Below, one piece after another: positions 62,401 to 64,000 of a stretch of DNA of 64,000 bases (its first letter is position 1; every line of letters starts with the position of its first letter). The position numbers were made by a program, and so were the translations under genes. Source of the stretch: Amoebophrya sp. A120 (lineage: Eukaryota; Protista; Dinoflagellata); contig CAJINV010000011.1 in assembly GCA_905178155.1 (NCBI GenBank), forward strand, positions 2,035,894 to 2,099,893, given 5' to 3'. The notes under the pieces are model-generated. The model ran no database searches, was not told where the DNA came from, and saw only the letters and a list, made by a program, of their open reading frames with translations.

Positions 62401-63460
62401 AAACAACTACATGCATCACAAATTAATTCCACTTTGAGGATTTCCATTCTGAGGCTTTCATAGACCACCGCGAATCCGGAGTACCGGTGGCACCTGTCCG
62501 GGAAAATAATCCCCCCACCCCATACTGAAAGCGGAAACTTGTGATGCTGATCTGCGCCCACAAATCAGCTTTGTCTTGCAACATATGGGGCAAGAACAGG
62601 GAGCCGTTTCAAAACGCATTCCACGGCGCTAATCTGTGCAGCTGAGCTCTTGCCTACTGCAAAGCTGTCTGCCACGCCGAGCTGCTAGCCTTTTGCACAA
62701 CTAGTAATCTTCAGGCTTTGATGAATATATATGCCTTCCAAGCGCTTGCTGCAATACAGCGCAAATTTGTGTACAGAAATCCAGCAACAGAAATCTCCTT
62801 TGTTGCATCTATAGGGTGGGGGCTTTTTTCAACACTTTTATAACTTTCATCCGCGGGGGAAGTTTTTGACGCCACCGCCGTGCTGCTCTTCTCCCCCGGT
62901 CCCATCACACGGAAGTCTTTCACATCGTACAGCAGCTGCATCATCCAGTAGGTGACGTCCCTTATGCATTGCAAATATGTCTGGGTCTGAAAAAGTTCAA
63001 AATTTGCGATGCTACCTCTCGAGCGGACAAAAATTTCTCTTGCATGAGTGCCAACGGTAGTTGCTAGCTCTTCTTGCGCGTGGCACGCAAAAAGCGAGCT
63101 TCTTATGTGGGAAAGCGCATGACCAAGCCTACTTCGCCAAACCTGTAATGCTTCGCAGACCATGTGTCCGCCCCAGAAGATGCATGGCAAACATTAACAC
63201 TTGCACTCTTTCACACCCAAAAAACATTTGCGATTGATATCGCGCAGCACCTTTTGAATCTGCAGCGAGGGCAGAGCCTGCTCGTAGCCGTTCACCGGTT
63301 CAGCCCACGGCGACAGCGGGTAGTCGGGACCCATCATCACAAAGGCCTTGTTGTCCAGCGCCGAGTCGCCGCTGAGAAAGACAATGTCCCGCCCGTCCGC
63401 GCGAAAGGAGTCCGTCAGTGCCTGCAGATGCGGCACGTGCTGCCCCAGCTCGCTGAAGTG
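59450..63460 (-). CDS. SGNH/GDSL hydrolase; start not resolved
   Basis: Blocks VFLSGDSALDN (I), VNGAIAGS (II), VVSLGGNDL (III), DVTHIHPTSQG (V) after element removal. Confidence 0.8.
59614..59919. mobile_element. Introner, TIR TATTACARTGAAAARTGCCCCC (F-related)
   Basis: TSD CAAGC. Confidence 0.88.
59974..60294. mobile_element. Introner family F
   Basis: TSD GTTTC. Confidence 0.9.
60745..61007. mobile_element. Introner family A
   Basis: TSD TGTTG. Confidence 0.9.
61097..61337. mobile_element. Introner family E
   Basis: TSD GCTCC. Confidence 0.88.
61377..62462. mobile_element. Introner (D-related TIR TATGAAAGCCTCAG..TGGAAAT.CTCAAAGTG) with a 770-bp secondary insertion
   Basis: TSD GACAA/GACCA; 11-bp internal direct repeat. 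Confidence 0.88.
62495..62842. mobile_element. Degenerate family F-like introner; ends uncertain
   Basis: CCCCCCACCCCATA / TATAGGGTGGGG subterminal inverted repeat; no clean TSD. Confidence 0.6.
62963..63239. mobile_element. Introner family A (degenerate)
   Basis: TSD TCCCT/TCGCG. Confidence 0.8.
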
Positions 63461-63796
63461 CTGTTTAGTTTTTTTACGGGGAGGACAGTGGACGCATAGT
63501 GGAGGTGGGTCGCCGCTTGTTGATAGTCAAGATTTAATACCAAGGATTAATAAATGTACATTTGGCACCACGGGGCGAAAAACTGTATGATGTAGCAGTT
63601 GCTTGTTCTGAAGACTACTAAATTCTAGAGGCTTTTGCTCGTTGCGGGAATATTACACGTAGTGACATCGTATCCATTATTGCCCCTTTTCCTTTGCACG
63701 TCCACAGCGACACAAATCGCATCTGCCTGCTGACGTCAAATGAAAGTCGTGAGGCGCGCTCGTAGTGGCTGCAATAAAGCGGGTTCAATTATTTAT

Positions 63797-63899
63797 TTAT
63801 TTACTGCGGAAAGTAAGTAGGTAGAATACGTGGATTTTTTCGTCTCGGTAGTAGGCTTCGTCCAGCCAGGCCCGGGTGACGTCCTCGGGCCACACGAAG
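63797..63899 (-). CDS. Last exon of a gene continuing beyond the window
   Basis: FVWPEDVTRAWLDEAYYRDEKIHVFYLLTFRSK* next to an introner; frame inferred. Confidence 0.4.
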
Positions 63900-64000
63900 T
63901 ATCGCAAGGAAAAATCCCCCCTCCCCATATTGAAGAGGTAGGTTTTCGAAAATTTGTGTTGCTGATTTGAGGTCACAAATCCTGTCTGTCTTGCAAGAAG
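63900..64000. mobile_element. Introner family F, cut by the window end
   Basis: TATCGCAAGGAAAAATCCCCCCTCCCCATATTGAA. Confidence 0.8.

Noticed and set aside
209-63190. Recurrent short ORFs with peptides such as KCKNVWVWK, LPDPDIFA, FQTQTYL, MSGSGR
   Set aside because: These are translations of the family A TIR in different frames, not a protein family or a transposase.
44-63239. Dispersed ~30-bp repeats as a CRISPR array or REP-like system
   Set aside because: The repeats occur as inverted pairs about 250 bp apart with TSDs inside eukaryotic genes; there is no repeat-spacer periodicity and no cas gene.

Overview
Eukaryotic genomic DNA, most likely from a Syndiniales/Amoebophrya-like parasitic dinoflagellate; this is inferred from gene organisation and intron style, not from a database match. 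About 12 intron-split protein genes lie on the minus strand: CLK/LAMMER-type kinase, ATP-grasp ligase, SF1 helicase-PD-(D/E)xK nuclease fusion, F-box-like protein, secreted unknown protein, JMJD4-like oxygenase, mitochondrial uL29m, a large protein with a degenerate RNase H fold, lumazine synthase, a GAF-domain protein, an SGNH hydrolase and a partial gene. The dominant feature is about 70 short (mostly 120-330 bp) non-coding insertions, together over a quarter of the window. Almost all run TAT...ATA, have roughly 20-35 bp terminal inverted repeats (TIRs) and are flanked by a 5-bp target-site duplication (TSD). They fall into 8 multi-copy TIR families plus singletons, yet share an internal TGTNATGC/GCATNACA motif. 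They lack GT-AG ends and occur in both orientations. They sit inside genes, where removing the element plus one TSD restores the reading frame. One element is nested in another's TIR, and two carry secondary insertions exactly at the shared motif. No transposase is encoded in the window. Coordinates were read by hand and may be off by a few bases.
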